Shown: positions 31,789-42,027, numbered from the stretch's first letter. The stretch is 64,000 nt of DNA from Dehalococcoidia bacterium (GCA_963662435.1 OY759598.1:1768507-1832506), one strand, 5' to 3'. Numbers and translations: made by a program. The notes: a model not told the origin generated them from the letters alone.

Positions 31789-33777
31789 CTACACTCCCGC
31801 CATGCGGACGCCCTTCGGCAGAGGGAACGTCGCGGGGACCGATCGGCGACGGGGCGACAACGCCAGGACAGAGCCGAGCACGAAGAGAGGGCCGGCCATC
31901 CACATCCACCATACGAGGGGGTTTATGTAGACACGAAAGACGGCAGCGCCGCTCTCGGTGAACTCCGAGGGGACTATGTAAAAGTCCTCGATGGGCGTGC
32001 TGCGAATGGCGGCTCGGGTGGCGGCCACCTCGTGGCTGATGTAGAAGGTCCTGCGCGCGTCGAGACTGCCGATGTCCCGTCCCTGCCTGGAGACGTCGAA
32101 CTGCGCGGTCATCTCGATGCGATCGGCAAGCGGTGTGGAATTGAAATTTACGTAGGTGAAACGGTAGTCGCCCAGTGAATCGCTCTCGCCAAGGGACATA
32201 TTGTAGTCGCGCTGGACTGCGTAGAAGGACGAACCGATTGCCCCGATGGCGAGCATGGCGATTCCAAGGTGGACGATGTAGCCGCCGTAGCGGGGCCGGT
32301 TCGCTCCCAGGAGTCTCGCAAGTGCGAGGGGGTAGCTCTCTCCCCTGCGGTGCCTGACGCGCGAGCCGCGCAGCCACTCGTGGCCTATGGCGACGAATGT
32401 TATGAAACAGACGGCGACGGCCAGGAGGGGCAAAGGCTCCCGGATGCCGAGAGCGATGAGTGCGACGGTGACGATGGCCGCGCCGGCCAGGGGAACCCGA
32501 AGTATGGTGAGGACGTTCTGCATGTTCGCCCTTCTCCAAGGAAGGAGCGGCCCGACTCCCATGAGGAATACGAGCGCGAGGAGGATGGGGCCGTTGACGC
32601 GGTCGAAGAACGGCTGGCCGACCGTGATGACCTCGTCCGAGGCGGCCTCTGAGAATACGGGGTAGATGGTGCCCCACAGGGTGATGAAGGCGACGGCGAG
32701 AAAGAGGACGTTCTGGGTCAGGAAGGCGCTCTCGCGGGAGAGCATTGAGTCGAGGCGTTCCCTGCTCTTGAGGGTGTTGATGCGCCACATGAAGGCGGCG
32801 AGAGCGGCTATGAGGGTGAACGCCATGAATCCAAGGAAGACCCAACCCATGGTCGATTGCGCGAAGGAATGCACTGAGGGGACAGGGCCTCCGCGATTGA
32901 TAAACATGCCCATCTCGGCGAGGACGAAGGCGACGGAGACGAGGATGATGTTCCACATGCGGAACATGCCGCGTCTCTTCTGCACCATGATGGAGTGGAC
33001 GAACGCTGTCATTGCTAGCCAGGGCATGAGGGCGGAGTTCTCGACGGGGTCCCACGCCCAGTAGCCGCCCCATCCGAGGATGGTGTACGCCCACCACGAA
33101 CCGAGGAGCAGTCCGACGGTCAGGATGGTCCATGAGACCATTCCCCACACCCTGCCGAGATCGACCCACTCGTCGCGGCCGCCTCGACCGGCGAGAAGGG
33201 CGCCGATGGCGATGCTGAACGGGATGGCGACGGAAATGAGGCCCATCATCTGCATGGGAGGGTGGATGAACATGCCGAAGTGGATCAGGAGGGGATTTAT
33301 CCCCTGCCCGTCCAGCGGGGCGATTGCGAGACGTTCGAGCGGGTTGGCGAGGAAGACGATGACCCCGAGGAAGAACGCCATGACGAGGGCCATGACGCTG
33401 GTGGCGTATGGAGCGGTATAGGGCAGCTTGCGTGCCATGCCTGCTACGGCGGCCACGGAAAGGAAGGCGTAGACGGTGGCAATGAAGAGAAGCGAGCCGG
33501 AGTTCCCGGCGTACAGGGCGACCCAGGTGTATATCTGCGGTAGGGCAAGGCTGCTGTTCTCGGCGACGTAGCGCACGGAGAAGTCGTGGGTGACGAAAGC
33601 GTAGACGAGAGCAAGGGTCGAAATGGCGAGCAGGACGGGCACGGTCATCATGCCGTATCGAGCGCTCAGGACGAGGACGGGGGCCCGCATCCACGCCCCC
33701 AGGAATGAGGCGATGGCGACGTATGCTCCCACGGCGAGGGCGATGGGCAGGGCGACGTACCCGGCGTCAACCAGCAA
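31789..33777 (-). CDS. ccmF: Cytochrome c biogenesis heme lyase CcmF
   Basis: WGGYWAWDPVENSALMPWL, HPP, SVHSFA, HLG, NPLVWWMW. Confidence 0.95.
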   Translation of the reverse strand: MLVDAGYVALPIALAVGAYVAIASFLGAWMRAPVLVLSARYGMMTVPVLLAISTLALVYAFVTHDFSVRYVAENSSLALPQIYTWVALYAGNSGSLLFIATVYAFLSVAAVAGMARKLPYTAPYATSVMALVMAFFLGVIVFLANPLERLAIAPLDGQGINPLLIHFGMFIHPPMQMMGLISVAIPFSIAIGALLAGRGGRDEWVDLGRVWGMVSWTILTVGLLLGSWWAYTILGWGGYWAWDPVENSALMPWLAMTAFVHSIMVQKRRGMFRMWNIILVSVAFVLAEMGMFINRGGPVPSVHSFAQSTMGWVFLGFMAFTLIAALAAFMWRINTLKSRERLDSMLSRESAFLTQNVLFLAVAFITLWGTIYPVFSEAASDEVITVGQPFFDRVNGPILLALVFLMGVGPLLPWRRANMQNVLTILRVPLAGAAIVTVALIALGIREPLPLLAVAVCFITFVAIGHEWLRGSRVRHRRGESYPLALARLLGANRPRYGGYIVHLGIAMLAIGAIGSSFYAVQRDYNMSLGESDSLGDYRFTYVNFNSTPLADRIEMTAQFDVSRQGRDIGSLDARRTFYISHEVAATRAAIRSTPIEDFYIVPSEFTESGAAVFRVYINPLVWWMWMAGPLFVLGSVLALSPRRRSVPATFPLPKGVRMAGV

Positions 33778-34345
33778 CGGCTTCTCCCGAGTCCCGTGAT
33801 TCCCCCTTCTTGGGTAAAGGGCGCTCGTCGTCGGAGTCGGAGGCCAGAGCGGCCTCGATGCGTCGGAAGTAGTCGTCGCGTTCGGTGTCGGTCAGCGCAG
33901 CGACGCCGGTCGCTGAGGCGTCAGTACCAGGAGAGTTACGGACGGCCATTCGAAGCACGAGATAGAGTGCGATGGCCGCGGCAAGGAGTCCCACGGGTGG
34001 GACGATCCATACGAGCCAGTTGAGTCCCTCGCGAGGTGGTTCAAGGAGGACGCTGGGGCCGTACCGGTCGACGAAGTACCGCCTAATGTCATCGTTGGAA
34101 GAACCTTCCGCGAGCTTCTCGTCGACGACGGCGCGCATGGCAGTGGCGCGGGGGTGCTGGGACTGGTCGATGGACTCGCCCGGACAGACAGGGCACATGA
34201 CGGTCTTGTTGATCTCCTGCGCACGGGCCTCAAGCACCGGGAGTTCCTCGTCGGCCCCGCAGGCAAGAGATGCGGCCATGATCGCTGCAAGGAGGATTGC
34301 GAACGCGAGAGGGGGCAGGAGTGTGTTGGCTGCAGGTGAATTCAT
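33767..34345 (-). CDS. ccmH: Cytochrome c biogenesis protein CcmH
   Basis: MCPVCPGESIDQS, YFVDRYG, LVWIVP. Confidence 0.9.
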   Translation of the reverse strand: MNSPAANTLLPPLAFAILLAAIMAASLACGADEELPVLEARAQEINKTVMCPVCPGESIDQSQHPRATAMRAVVDEKLAEGSSNDDIRRYFVDRYGPSVLLEPPREGLNWLVWIVPPVGLLAAAIALYLVLRMAVRNSPGTDASATGVAALTDTERDDYFRRIEAALASDSDDERPLPKKGESRDSGEAVAG

Positions 34346-34528
34346 GTACCAAATCAGCGTACCACAAAGGGGGCGGGAGATTCAGGACTCACCGCAGTGG
34401 GCAGAGGGAGCGCTGAGTGGGATACCTGGATTCCGGGCCATGCCGAATAGACAGTGTGGGGAGATTGGCACGGTTGGTGATTGCGTTTGGTATAATCTTC
34501 GCGGCCGTGGGATGCAGCGAAGGATGTT

Positions 34529-35512
34529 ATGAAAGCAATATACCTTTTTTCCGATGAGGCTGGGGCCGGCAAGACGGCGCTGGCGGTGACGCTTGCGAAC
34601 GTGATCGGTCGTGAGGGCGGTTCCGCAGTCGTTGTGAACCCGTTTGTTGGGAACGGCGGTCAGGACTATGCGGTACTGCTGGGCCAGCCAGTTGATGTTG
34701 GCACCCCACCCTCTCTATCCGACTCGGTGGACGGGGTAGCTGAGTGGTGCAGGCAGGCAGGATCCGGAAGCGACGTCCTGATCGTGGAGGGGTCGACTGA
34801 GGTTGACGCCAAGACGGCGGGGCATCTTGCGGAAGCACTCGACTCTGTGGCGCTGGGTGTGACACGTCACATTCACGGCAAGGACGCGGACGGGATGCGG
34901 GAGTGGGCGGCGAGCTTCGGCGACCGCTTGATTGGAGTGGTCGTCAATGGCAGGACGCAGTACCAGAGCACCGAGGTCGAGACCGAGTTCCTGCCGGCTC
35001 TCGAAGGTCTGGGCGTCAGGACGCTTGGCGTCGTGCCCGAGGACCGGAAGCTGCTCTCCTCCACGATCGATCAGATCGTCGAGCACCTGGACGGCCGGTA
35101 CCTGCAGGGCGAAGAGCACGGCAACCGCATCATCGAGGACTTCCTGATCGGCGGGATGGGACTCGACAAAGGGACCTTGTACTTCGGCATCCTCGAGGAC
35201 AAGGCCGTGATCGTCCGGGGAGACAGGCCCGACGTTCAGATGGCGGCGTTGCACACGCCGACATCGTGCCTGATCCTCACGAACGGGACGGAACCGGTGG
35301 AGTACATCGTCCACGAGGCGGAGCTGGAAGAAGCGCCCATTGTGGTCGTTGAGACGAGCACCCTGGACACGATGGCGGCGCTCAACTCGCTGCAGGAGAG
35401 CGCGGCATTCGACCATCCGGACAAGGTGGAGCGATTCGGCGCGCTGCTGACGGAGAACGTCGACCTGAAGGCCGTGTTCGAGCGACTGGGAGTTGGTGTA
35501 GCGGCGGCCTAG
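34529..35512 (+). CDS. DRTGG-domain / phosphotransacetylase N-terminal-like protein
   Basis: BioD-like P-loop GAGKT, VLIVEG, RGDRPDVQMAAL, CLILTNG. Confidence 0.8.
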   Translation: MKAIYLFSDEAGAGKTALAVTLANVIGREGGSAVVVNPFVGNGGQDYAVLLGQPVDVGTPPSLSDSVDGVAEWCRQAGSGSDVLIVEGSTEVDAKTAGHLAEALDSVALGVTRHIHGKDADGMREWAASFGDRLIGVVVNGRTQYQSTEVETEFLPALEGLGVRTLGVVPEDRKLLSSTIDQIVEHLDGRYLQGEEHGNRIIEDFLIGGMGLDKGTLYFGILEDKAVIVRGDRPDVQMAALHTPTSCLILTNGTEPVEYIVHEAELEEAPIVVVETSTLDTMAALNSLQESAAFDHPDKVERFGALLTENVDLKAVFERLGVGVAAA

Positions 35513-35514
35513 GA

Positions 35515-35550
35515 CCCCCTCTCTGTGTCTCTCCCCCGCCGGGGGAGAGA
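35515..35550 (+). repeat. REP-like family E copy
   Basis: CCCCCTCTCTGTGTCTCTCCCCCGCCGGGGGAGAGA between convergent genes. Confidence 0.8.
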
Positions 35551-35585
35551 TCGACGGCAGCTGAACGGGTTGTTGGGTGGTGGCG

Positions 35586-36359
35586 CTACTCGACGAGGGT
35601 TCCTCTGATTTTCGAGACCGTGGCGTTGTCGACGCCTATGTGGCGGACGTAGTTTTGGATGCCCCCGTACTTGGTGTCGAGGTGGTCGAGGGTGAGTCCC
35701 ATGGCGTCGGGCGGGCACCACTTTAGCTGGTACTCCTCGAAGGGTGGGGACGCGTTTTCGCCGGAGCCGTCGGGAGGGACGACCGAGGTGCCGTAGAGGA
35801 ACCTGGCGCTCAGGGCGTAGTCCTCGACGATGCTCTCGCGGGGAACGCCGGCGATACCGAGCAAGATGGCGGAGAGAACGCCGGTGCGGTCCTTACCCGC
35901 TGTGCAGTGGAAGACGGCGGGAAGAGCTCCGTGCTGTGAGACCGATTCGAGAATGGTCTTTACCATATCGCCGCGCTCGTCTATGACCGTGGAGTACATG
36001 GTCGAGAGCCTAACGGATGAGTCTTCGGGCACGGGAATCGAGCCCCACCTGTTTATCAGGTTGTCTCCGGTCATGTTACAAGGGCGGTAATCCACGTCCG
36101 GTCTATCCCTGAAGACGCTGGGCGCTTCGACCAACTCCTGGGACCCGCGCAGGTCTATGACGTGCTTTACTCCCGCATCCGTAAGGGTGGCCTGAGCGGA
36201 TGGGGAAAGAGCGTGGATGTCCGCGGCGCGGAAAAGGGTGCGCCAGCGGGTCTGGCCGCCGTCCACAGTAGCGTAGCCTCCGAGGTCTCGTACGTTGTAC
36301 GCGCCTTCAACGGGAATGCTCCTTCTAGGGTCGATTTCGGGGTGATTGGCCGCGTTCAT
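35586..36359 (-). CDS. Tyrosine/lipid phosphatase (PtpB/IphP-like), paralogue 3
   Basis: NVRDLGGY, VIDLR, HCTAGKDRTG. Confidence 0.92.
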   Translation of the reverse strand: MNAANHPEIDPRRSIPVEGAYNVRDLGGYATVDGGQTRWRTLFRAADIHALSPSAQATLTDAGVKHVIDLRGSQELVEAPSVFRDRPDVDYRPCNMTGDNLINRWGSIPVPEDSSVRLSTMYSTVIDERGDMVKTILESVSQHGALPAVFHCTAGKDRTGVLSAILLGIAGVPRESIVEDYALSARFLYGTSVVPPDGSGENASPPFEEYQLKWCPPDAMGLTLDHLDTKYGGIQNYVRHIGVDNATVSKIRGTLVE

Positions 36360-37114
36360 TCGATCATTGCCTCCCGGATGGTGTTGAGCTGTTCATCGGT
36401 GATGCCGGTCTCACGCAGGTAGCCCTCGACGCCTCCGTAGTTCGCGTCGAGGTGGTCGAGGGTGACACTCATGCTGTGGGGATCGCAGGCGTCGCGCTGG
36501 TAGTGCTGCCACGTGTATTCGTCGGGGCTGACGTCGGGATTGAGTTCGTAGTAGCGGCGCACGAGGTACCTGGCAGTGAGGCCGTAGTCCTCGATGATGG
36601 TCTCGCGGGGGACGCCGCAGATGCTGAGGACGAATGCGGCTGAGATGCCCGCCCGGTCTTTTCCCGCGTTGCAGTGGACGAGGGCGGGGAGGCCGTCCGA
36701 ATCGGCTAGAATCGAGAAAATCTGGTGGAGGATGTGCTTTCGCTGGTCGAGAATGGAACAGTACACCCTACCCCGCCGCTCGGCCGAGTCATCGATGCTG
36801 TCCACCGCCTCCCTGTTTTGAAGCGGCACGTCGCCCGCCATGTTCTGATGGTAGTAGGTGACATCCTCCGAGCCAATGAACGGGCTGGGCCTGAACTGCA
36901 GGTCGCTGCTGCGGCGCAGGTCGATAATATTGCGGACGCCGTAGTCGACGAGAGTCTGGACGCCTGCGGGCGTCAGGTTCGCCAGCGTGTCGGAGCGGAA
37001 GTACCTGCCCCAGCGGGTCGTTCGTCCGTCGGATGTCTCGTAGCCGCCGATGTCGCGGACGTTGTAGGCGCCCTCGACATCGAGGACACGGGTGTGTTCG
37101 GTCGGGTTTGTCAT
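36356..37114 (-). CDS. Tyrosine/lipid phosphatase (PtpB/IphP-like), paralogue 2
   Basis: NVRDIGGY, HCNAGKDRAG. Confidence 0.92.
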   Translation of the reverse strand: MTNPTEHTRVLDVEGAYNVRDIGGYETSDGRTTRWGRYFRSDTLANLTPAGVQTLVDYGVRNIIDLRRSSDLQFRPSPFIGSEDVTYYHQNMAGDVPLQNREAVDSIDDSAERRGRVYCSILDQRKHILHQIFSILADSDGLPALVHCNAGKDRAGISAAFVLSICGVPRETIIEDYGLTARYLVRRYYELNPDVSPDEYTWQHYQRDACDPHSMSVTLDHLDANYGGVEGYLRETGITDEQLNTIREAMIE

Positions 37115-37121
37115 GGTTGTC

Positions 37122-37877
37122 TCACTCCCGCAGCATGGTTCTGATGTCGGCTATGTGGGTGTCGGTCAGGCCGATGTGTCGGACATAGGACTCGATGCCG
37201 CCGTACTGGTCGTCGAGGTGCTTGAGGGTCTTCACCATTGCCCCTGGCGGCGCGAGGAATTGCGGCGGCTCCTCGTGGGTGAAGTCTCTTTCATCAAGGG
37301 ACTCGGGAATCCCCTCAGTCAAGTAGCGGCGTTTGAGGCCATGAGCGCAAAGGGCGTAGTCATCGACGATGGTGCTGTCGTGGACATCGGCGAGGCCGAG
37401 CAACAGGGCCGATATGATGCCCGTCCGGTCGGTGCCGGCGGCGCAGTGGTAGATGGCGACGTGCCCCACGGAGTTGGCGAGCCTGACGAGGGTCTCGGCT
37501 ATCGCTCCCTGTCTCTGATCGAGCAGGACGCAGTACGTGTTTGCCGTCCACGTAGCGATCGACGAATCACCGGATGGGGGAGAATCGTATCCTGGAGGAT
37601 TCGTATCTCCGATCATGTTCACATGGACATACTCGACGCCCTCCATACCTGCGAGGACGTTGGGAGTCTCGACGGTCTCATTGGTGCGACGCAGGTCGAT
37701 GGCGGTGCGAACTCCGTAGTCGATCAGGCCCGTCCTGGCAGAGTCAGACAGGTCGTGGAGACTGTCGGCGCGGAGGAAGGCCTGCCAGCGCGTGGTCCTG
37801 CCGTCTACAGTGGGATAGCCTCCGAGGTCGCGGACGTTGTAGGCTCCGGGCACGTCGAGCCAGCGTCGGTCTTGCAA
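37122..37877 (-). CDS. Tyrosine/lipid phosphatase (PtpB/IphP-like), paralogue 1
   Basis: NVRDLGGY, HCAAGTDRTG. Confidence 0.92.
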   Translation of the reverse strand: MQDRRWLDVPGAYNVRDLGGYPTVDGRTTRWQAFLRADSLHDLSDSARTGLIDYGVRTAIDLRRTNETVETPNVLAGMEGVEYVHVNMIGDTNPPGYDSPPSGDSSIATWTANTYCVLLDQRQGAIAETLVRLANSVGHVAIYHCAAGTDRTGIISALLLGLADVHDSTIVDDYALCAHGLKRRYLTEGIPESLDERDFTHEEPPQFLAPPGAMVKTLKHLDDQYGGIESYVRHIGLTDTHIADIRTMLRE

Positions 37878-37880
37878 GGG

Positions 37881-38864
37881 CTACGTTCCCTTCCCTACCG
37901 TCTGGCGGTTGTACTCAGTGTCGCTCATGGGAATGGCCCTGCGGTTCCAGTGATGCTGTTCCTTGAACTTGCCGAGTTCCTTCGCCATCTCGCGCATGTG
38001 GGTCGACTTGCAGCCGCAGCATCCCCCTATGTAGTTGACGCCCATGTCCCTGGCCTTCGCGGCGAATTCGCCAAGCTCATAGCGAGTGAGCTGCGTCGGC
38101 TCCAGCCTGTCCGGGAAGGACGGGAGACCGCTAAACCATGGGATCTCGTCCGTAGTGCGGAAGCCGACGGGCTGCGCGGCGAGGTAGCCGTCGAAAGCGT
38201 CGCGCATCTCCTGGATCAGGGGGTACATGTGCGTGGGGTCTCTCATGCAGTTGAGGCCGATGATGTCCACTCCGGCGTCATGGAGTCGCCTGGCGCACTC
38301 GGCGGCCGTGAAGCCGTCGGCGGTGACATTGTCGGCACGGAAGGACATGGTAATCATAGACGGAAGAGAGGTCTTTGCCTTGATCCGCTCGGCGCACAGG
38401 AAGGCCTCGCCCAAGTAGAAAAACAACTCGCCCAGGACGAAGTCGACCCCTTCCTGAGCCTCGATCTGCTCGTCGAACATCTCAGCGACCAGGCGGTCGG
38501 AGCGCTCGTCGTCCGGTTCCCACATCCACGTCGTGCTGAGGTTGCCGGCCACGAGCATTTCGTCTCCGGCGACCTCACGGGCGATGTCGGTCGCGGCCTT
38601 GTTGATCTCACGGGTCAAGTCGCCGTAGCCCACTGTCTCCAGCTTCTCGCGGCTGCCGTAGAAGGCCATGACCTGCAGGACGTCGCAGCCCGCATTCTTC
38701 ATTTCCGTGTGGAGCTCGCGCACGGCGTTCGGGTGCGTCATGGTGATCTCGGGCGTAAACGCGCCGGTGACGACCCACCCGCGCTGCTCCAGCTCGATTA
38801 TGTAGCCGCCGTCGCCGAGGACTACGCCTTCTTCCAGTCGTTCGAGGATGCCTTTGTTGACCAT
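37881..38864 (-). CDS. Homocysteine S-methyltransferase, betaine-homocysteine methyltransferase (BHMT)-like
   Basis: KGILERLEEGVVLGDGG...FTPE, GLNC and GGCC Zn ligands; start ATG at 38864. Confidence 0.85.
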   Translation of the reverse strand: MVNKGILERLEEGVVLGDGGYIIELEQRGWVVTGAFTPEITMTHPNAVRELHTEMKNAGCDVLQVMAFYGSREKLETVGYGDLTREINKAATDIAREVAGDEMLVAGNLSTTWMWEPDDERSDRLVAEMFDEQIEAQEGVDFVLGELFFYLGEAFLCAERIKAKTSLPSMITMSFRADNVTADGFTAAECARRLHDAGVDIIGLNCMRDPTHMYPLIQEMRDAFDGYLAAQPVGFRTTDEIPWFSGLPSFPDRLEPTQLTRYELGEFAAKARDMGVNYIGGCCGCKSTHMREMAKELGKFKEQHHWNRRAIPMSDTEYNRQTVGKGT

Positions 38865-38911
38865 GAGGCGCTGCCTATCTTGTGATTTCTGATGTGATGG
38901 ATTGCCGAGAA

Positions 38912-41371
38912 TCAGCGCTTCATCCGCTCGGACTTCGGGTCCCACAGGGGTTCTTCGGATACCGTAGCCGGATAGCGCTCACCGAAGTACTCGATTTCGA
39001 CGGAGGTACCCACGTCCGAGTGCTCGACGGGGAGGTAGCCGTACGCGATTCCCGCATCGATGGAGTAGCCGTAGTTGGCGCTGGTGACATAGCCCACCAC
39101 GTCGTCCCCTATGAAAATGGGCTCCTTGCCCATCAAGACGGAGTCGGGCAGATCGAGGACCAGGCAACACAGCTTGCGGGTGAGACCGTTAGCGCGTGAT
39201 TCCCTCAGGGCGTCACGACCGATGAAGTCGCCCTTGCGCATGCGGACGGCGAATCCGATGCCGGCCTCGAAGGGGTTGTACTCAGTGTGAAGCTCATTGC
39301 CCCAGAGGCGGTAGCCCTTTTCGAGACGGAGCGAGTCGAACGTGCCGAGTCCGGCGGCTACCACTCCCATGTGCCGTCCGGCATCCCACAGGGCGTCCCA
39401 GAGCTTGCGGCCAAACTCGAAGGGCGCGTAGACCTCCCATCCGAGCTCGCCGACGTAGGAGATACGCAGGGCGAGGGCGGGAATCTCTCCGATGGAGATG
39501 TGTCGGGCCCTGAGATACGGGAACCCGGTGCTGGAGACATCGTCGTCGGTGGCGTTGCGCATCAGTTCACGGGCCATGGGACCCCATACGCCGATGCAGC
39601 ACCATTTCGTGCTCTCGTCGATGATGGAGACCGACCCGTCGTCGGGCAGGTGGCTGCTGATCCAAGCCTTGTCGTGCTCGGCGGTCCCGCCGCCGGTAAC
39701 GACCATGAAACGGTCGTGCGCCAGACGGGTGGTGGTGAGGTCACACTTGATGCCGCCGGTCGGCGTGAGCATGGATGTGTAGGTGATGGCGCCAACGGGC
39801 CTGTCCATGCGGTTTGCGGTGATGCGCTCCAGGAAGGCCAGGGCGCCGGGGCCGCTCACGTCGAGCTTGGTGAATGGGGTGAGGTCGAAGAGTCCAACCC
39901 GCTCGCGGACGGCCCTGTGTTCCGCGCCGATGATTGGCGACCAGAAACGCGCCTCCCACCCGGTGCGGCTGTGGTCGTGGTCGGTCGAGCCGTCGAGAAG
40001 GTCGGCGTTGGCCTCGAACCACTGGGAGCGCTCCCATCCGGCATTCTCGACGAAGTAGGCGCCGAGATCTTCGAATTGGTCGTGGTACGGCAGCGTGCGG
40101 AGTCCGCGGGGATCGTCCATCTGCTGGGACGGGTGAATGATGTCGTAGACCTCGCGGTACTGCTGAGCGCCACGCTTGCTGATGTACGAGTGGGTGAGCT
40201 GATGGGGGTGGAACCGTGTGATATCGCCCTCGCGGAGGTCAATTGTGGGCTGTCCGTTGACAATCCACTCGGCGACCGCCTTGCCGATTCCGCCGCCGTG
40301 GGTGATCCAAACGGCCTCCGCCGACCAGAATCCCTTGACCTCCGGCGACTCGCCGAGGACGGGCATCCCGTCCGGCGTGAAGACGAACATGCCGTTGACC
40401 TTCTGCACCAACTCGGCATTCTGAAGGGCGGGGATGAACTCGCCGGCCGATATCATGCCCTTGCGGAATGCGGAGTCGGACCACGGCATCATGGAGGGCA
40501 TCTCGGTGGCGTCCGCGTGGCTCCAGATATCCTCCGGCTCGAGGAGCAGCGGCTCGTGATCGTAGGAACCAATGATGTAGGCGTCGTACTCCTGGCGGAA
40601 GTACATGGCGCGGTCCTGGTGCCGGACGATTGGTTCGCGATGCTGCTCGGTCTCCCCTGCCAGTTCGGGAATAGGCGCGGTGAGGGCGTACTGGTGTCGC
40701 ATGGGAGGGAGCGGGAGGGTGACGCCAGCCATTTGTCCGATGAGACTTCCCCAGATCCCAGCGGCGCACACGACACTCTCCGTCTTGATCGTGCCGTTCG
40801 ACGTTTGGACGGCGGTCACTCTGCCGTCTACCACGTCGATGCCCGTGACGGTTGTGTCGCCGTAGAAGGTGGCGCTGCCGTTCTCCTGGGCGCGGCGTCC
40901 CAGTTCCCCTGCGAGCATCCAGGCACGGGCGTTGCCGTCGCCGGGTGTATACATCGCGCCGTAGATCTTGTCGGAGAGGAGGGGGACCAACTCGCGGGTC
41001 TCGGATGGGCCGAGGACGTAGGTCTCGACTCCCCACGCCTTGCCGGCGCCGACCTTGCGCTTCACGTCCTCGAAGCGCTCGGGCGTCCAGGCGACCTCAA
41101 GGCCTCCCACGCCGTGCCAGAGGGGATCGCCGTCGGGTGGATTGAGAGCTTCGAAGAGCTCAACGGTCTCCCTTGCAAATACGGACATCATCTTGGAGAA
41201 GTTGACCTGGAATACGAGGCCGGGAGCGTGGGAGGTCGAGCCGCCGGTCTCGAACATGGGGCCCTTGTCGAGGACGACGATGTCCTTCCAGCCCAATTGC
41301 GCGAGGTGGTAGGCCACGCTGGTCCCAGCCAGGCCAGCCCCTATGATTACTACTCGCGCGTGGTCTTGCAT
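38912..41371 (-). CDS. GcvT-family FAD-dependent oxidoreductase (dimethylglycine oxidase/dehydrogenase-like)
   Basis: VVIIGAGLAG, GGSTSHAPG, FTPDG, AEAVWITH, YVGELGWE, LRLEKGYRLWG. Confidence 0.93.
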   Translation of the reverse strand: MQDHARVVIIGAGLAGTSVAYHLAQLGWKDIVVLDKGPMFETGGSTSHAPGLVFQVNFSKMMSVFARETVELFEALNPPDGDPLWHGVGGLEVAWTPERFEDVKRKVGAGKAWGVETYVLGPSETRELVPLLSDKIYGAMYTPGDGNARAWMLAGELGRRAQENGSATFYGDTTVTGIDVVDGRVTAVQTSNGTIKTESVVCAAGIWGSLIGQMAGVTLPLPPMRHQYALTAPIPELAGETEQHREPIVRHQDRAMYFRQEYDAYIIGSYDHEPLLLEPEDIWSHADATEMPSMMPWSDSAFRKGMISAGEFIPALQNAELVQKVNGMFVFTPDGMPVLGESPEVKGFWSAEAVWITHGGGIGKAVAEWIVNGQPTIDLREGDITRFHPHQLTHSYISKRGAQQYREVYDIIHPSQQMDDPRGLRTLPYHDQFEDLGAYFVENAGWERSQWFEANADLLDGSTDHDHSRTGWEARFWSPIIGAEHRAVRERVGLFDLTPFTKLDVSGPGALAFLERITANRMDRPVGAITYTSMLTPTGGIKCDLTTTRLAHDRFMVVTGGGTAEHDKAWISSHLPDDGSVSIIDESTKWCCIGVWGPMARELMRNATDDDVSSTGFPYLRARHISIGEIPALALRISYVGELGWEVYAPFEFGRKLWDALWDAGRHMGVVAAGLGTFDSLRLEKGYRLWGNELHTEYNPFEAGIGFAVRMRKGDFIGRDALRESRANGLTRKLCCLVLDLPDSVLMGKEPIFIGDDVVGYVTSANYGYSIDAGIAYGYLPVEHSDVGTSVEIEYFGERYPATVSEEPLWDPKSERMKR

Positions 41372-41423
41372 ACGGTGTGTCCTAGTACCGGTTCCACATG
41401 ATTTTGATAGCTTGCTCAAGACA

Positions 41424-41508
41424 CCCTCACCCTAGCCCTCTCCCACTATGGGAGAGGGGATAAGGCGCCACTCTATTCGACTGTCACATTCAATTGGAAG
41501 CGGTCTAG
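41424..41508 (+). repeat. REP family A plus tail; intact homologue of the IS1182 target
   Basis: CCCTAGCCCTCTCCCACTATGGGAGAGGGGATAAG...TTCGACTGTCACATTCAA matches 22851-22871 joined to 24601-24658. Confidence 0.85.
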
Positions 41509-41520
41509 TTCTCCGTCGCG

Positions 41521-42027
41521 TCAGGTAATGGAATTCGTCCAGCAACCATCGATGTCTGATTGTATGACATATTTCGGGGTCTGGGGAATGTCCAGCACCA
41601 GATCCCGGAGAAATCGGGGGAAGAGTTCCGCCTCTTCGAGATCGTCGAGGGACAGCCATTCGTAGACGAGATTGGGTTCCTCCGCCTCGAACTTTCCCTC
41701 ACGCCCGATGATGTGGTGACCCGGGTCAAACTCCATGAGGAAGTACAAGCAGGCTTCCTGGTAGCGCACGCCGTCCAACTCAAACAGGTTGTCGGCGACG
41801 ATTACCAGCCGCCCAATCTGAACGCCACCGCCGAACTCTTCGTCCAGTTCTCTCGACAATGCCTGGACGGCGTTTTCGCCATACTCAACACGACCGCCGG
41901 GGACGAAGCTGAAGTCGTGCTTGACGTTGTGTTCGACCAGCAGGCGTCCTTCATGCACGGCGATGCCACCAACGCGATACATGAAGGTGATCTCGCCGTT
42001 GGAGAACATGACCATGTCGTTCGTCAA
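41521..42027 (-). CDS. NUDIX hydrolase
   Basis: PGGRVEYGENAVQALSRELDEEFG Nudix box. Confidence 0.9.
   Translation of the reverse strand: MTNDMVMFSNGEITFMYRVGGIAVHEGRLLVEHNVKHDFSFVPGGRVEYGENAVQALSRELDEEFGGGVQIGRLVIVADNLFELDGVRYQEACLYFLMEFDPGHHIIGREGKFEAEEPNLVYEWLSLDDLEEAELFPRFLRDLVLDIPQTPKYVIQSDIDGCWTNSIT

Noticed and set aside
39287..41401. 704-aa + strand ORF, and similar long ORFs at 31676-33694, 37092-38885, 54520-56190 and 58736-60250
   Set aside because: Antisense or off-frame shadows of well-supported genes, common in high-GC DNA; no recognisable motifs
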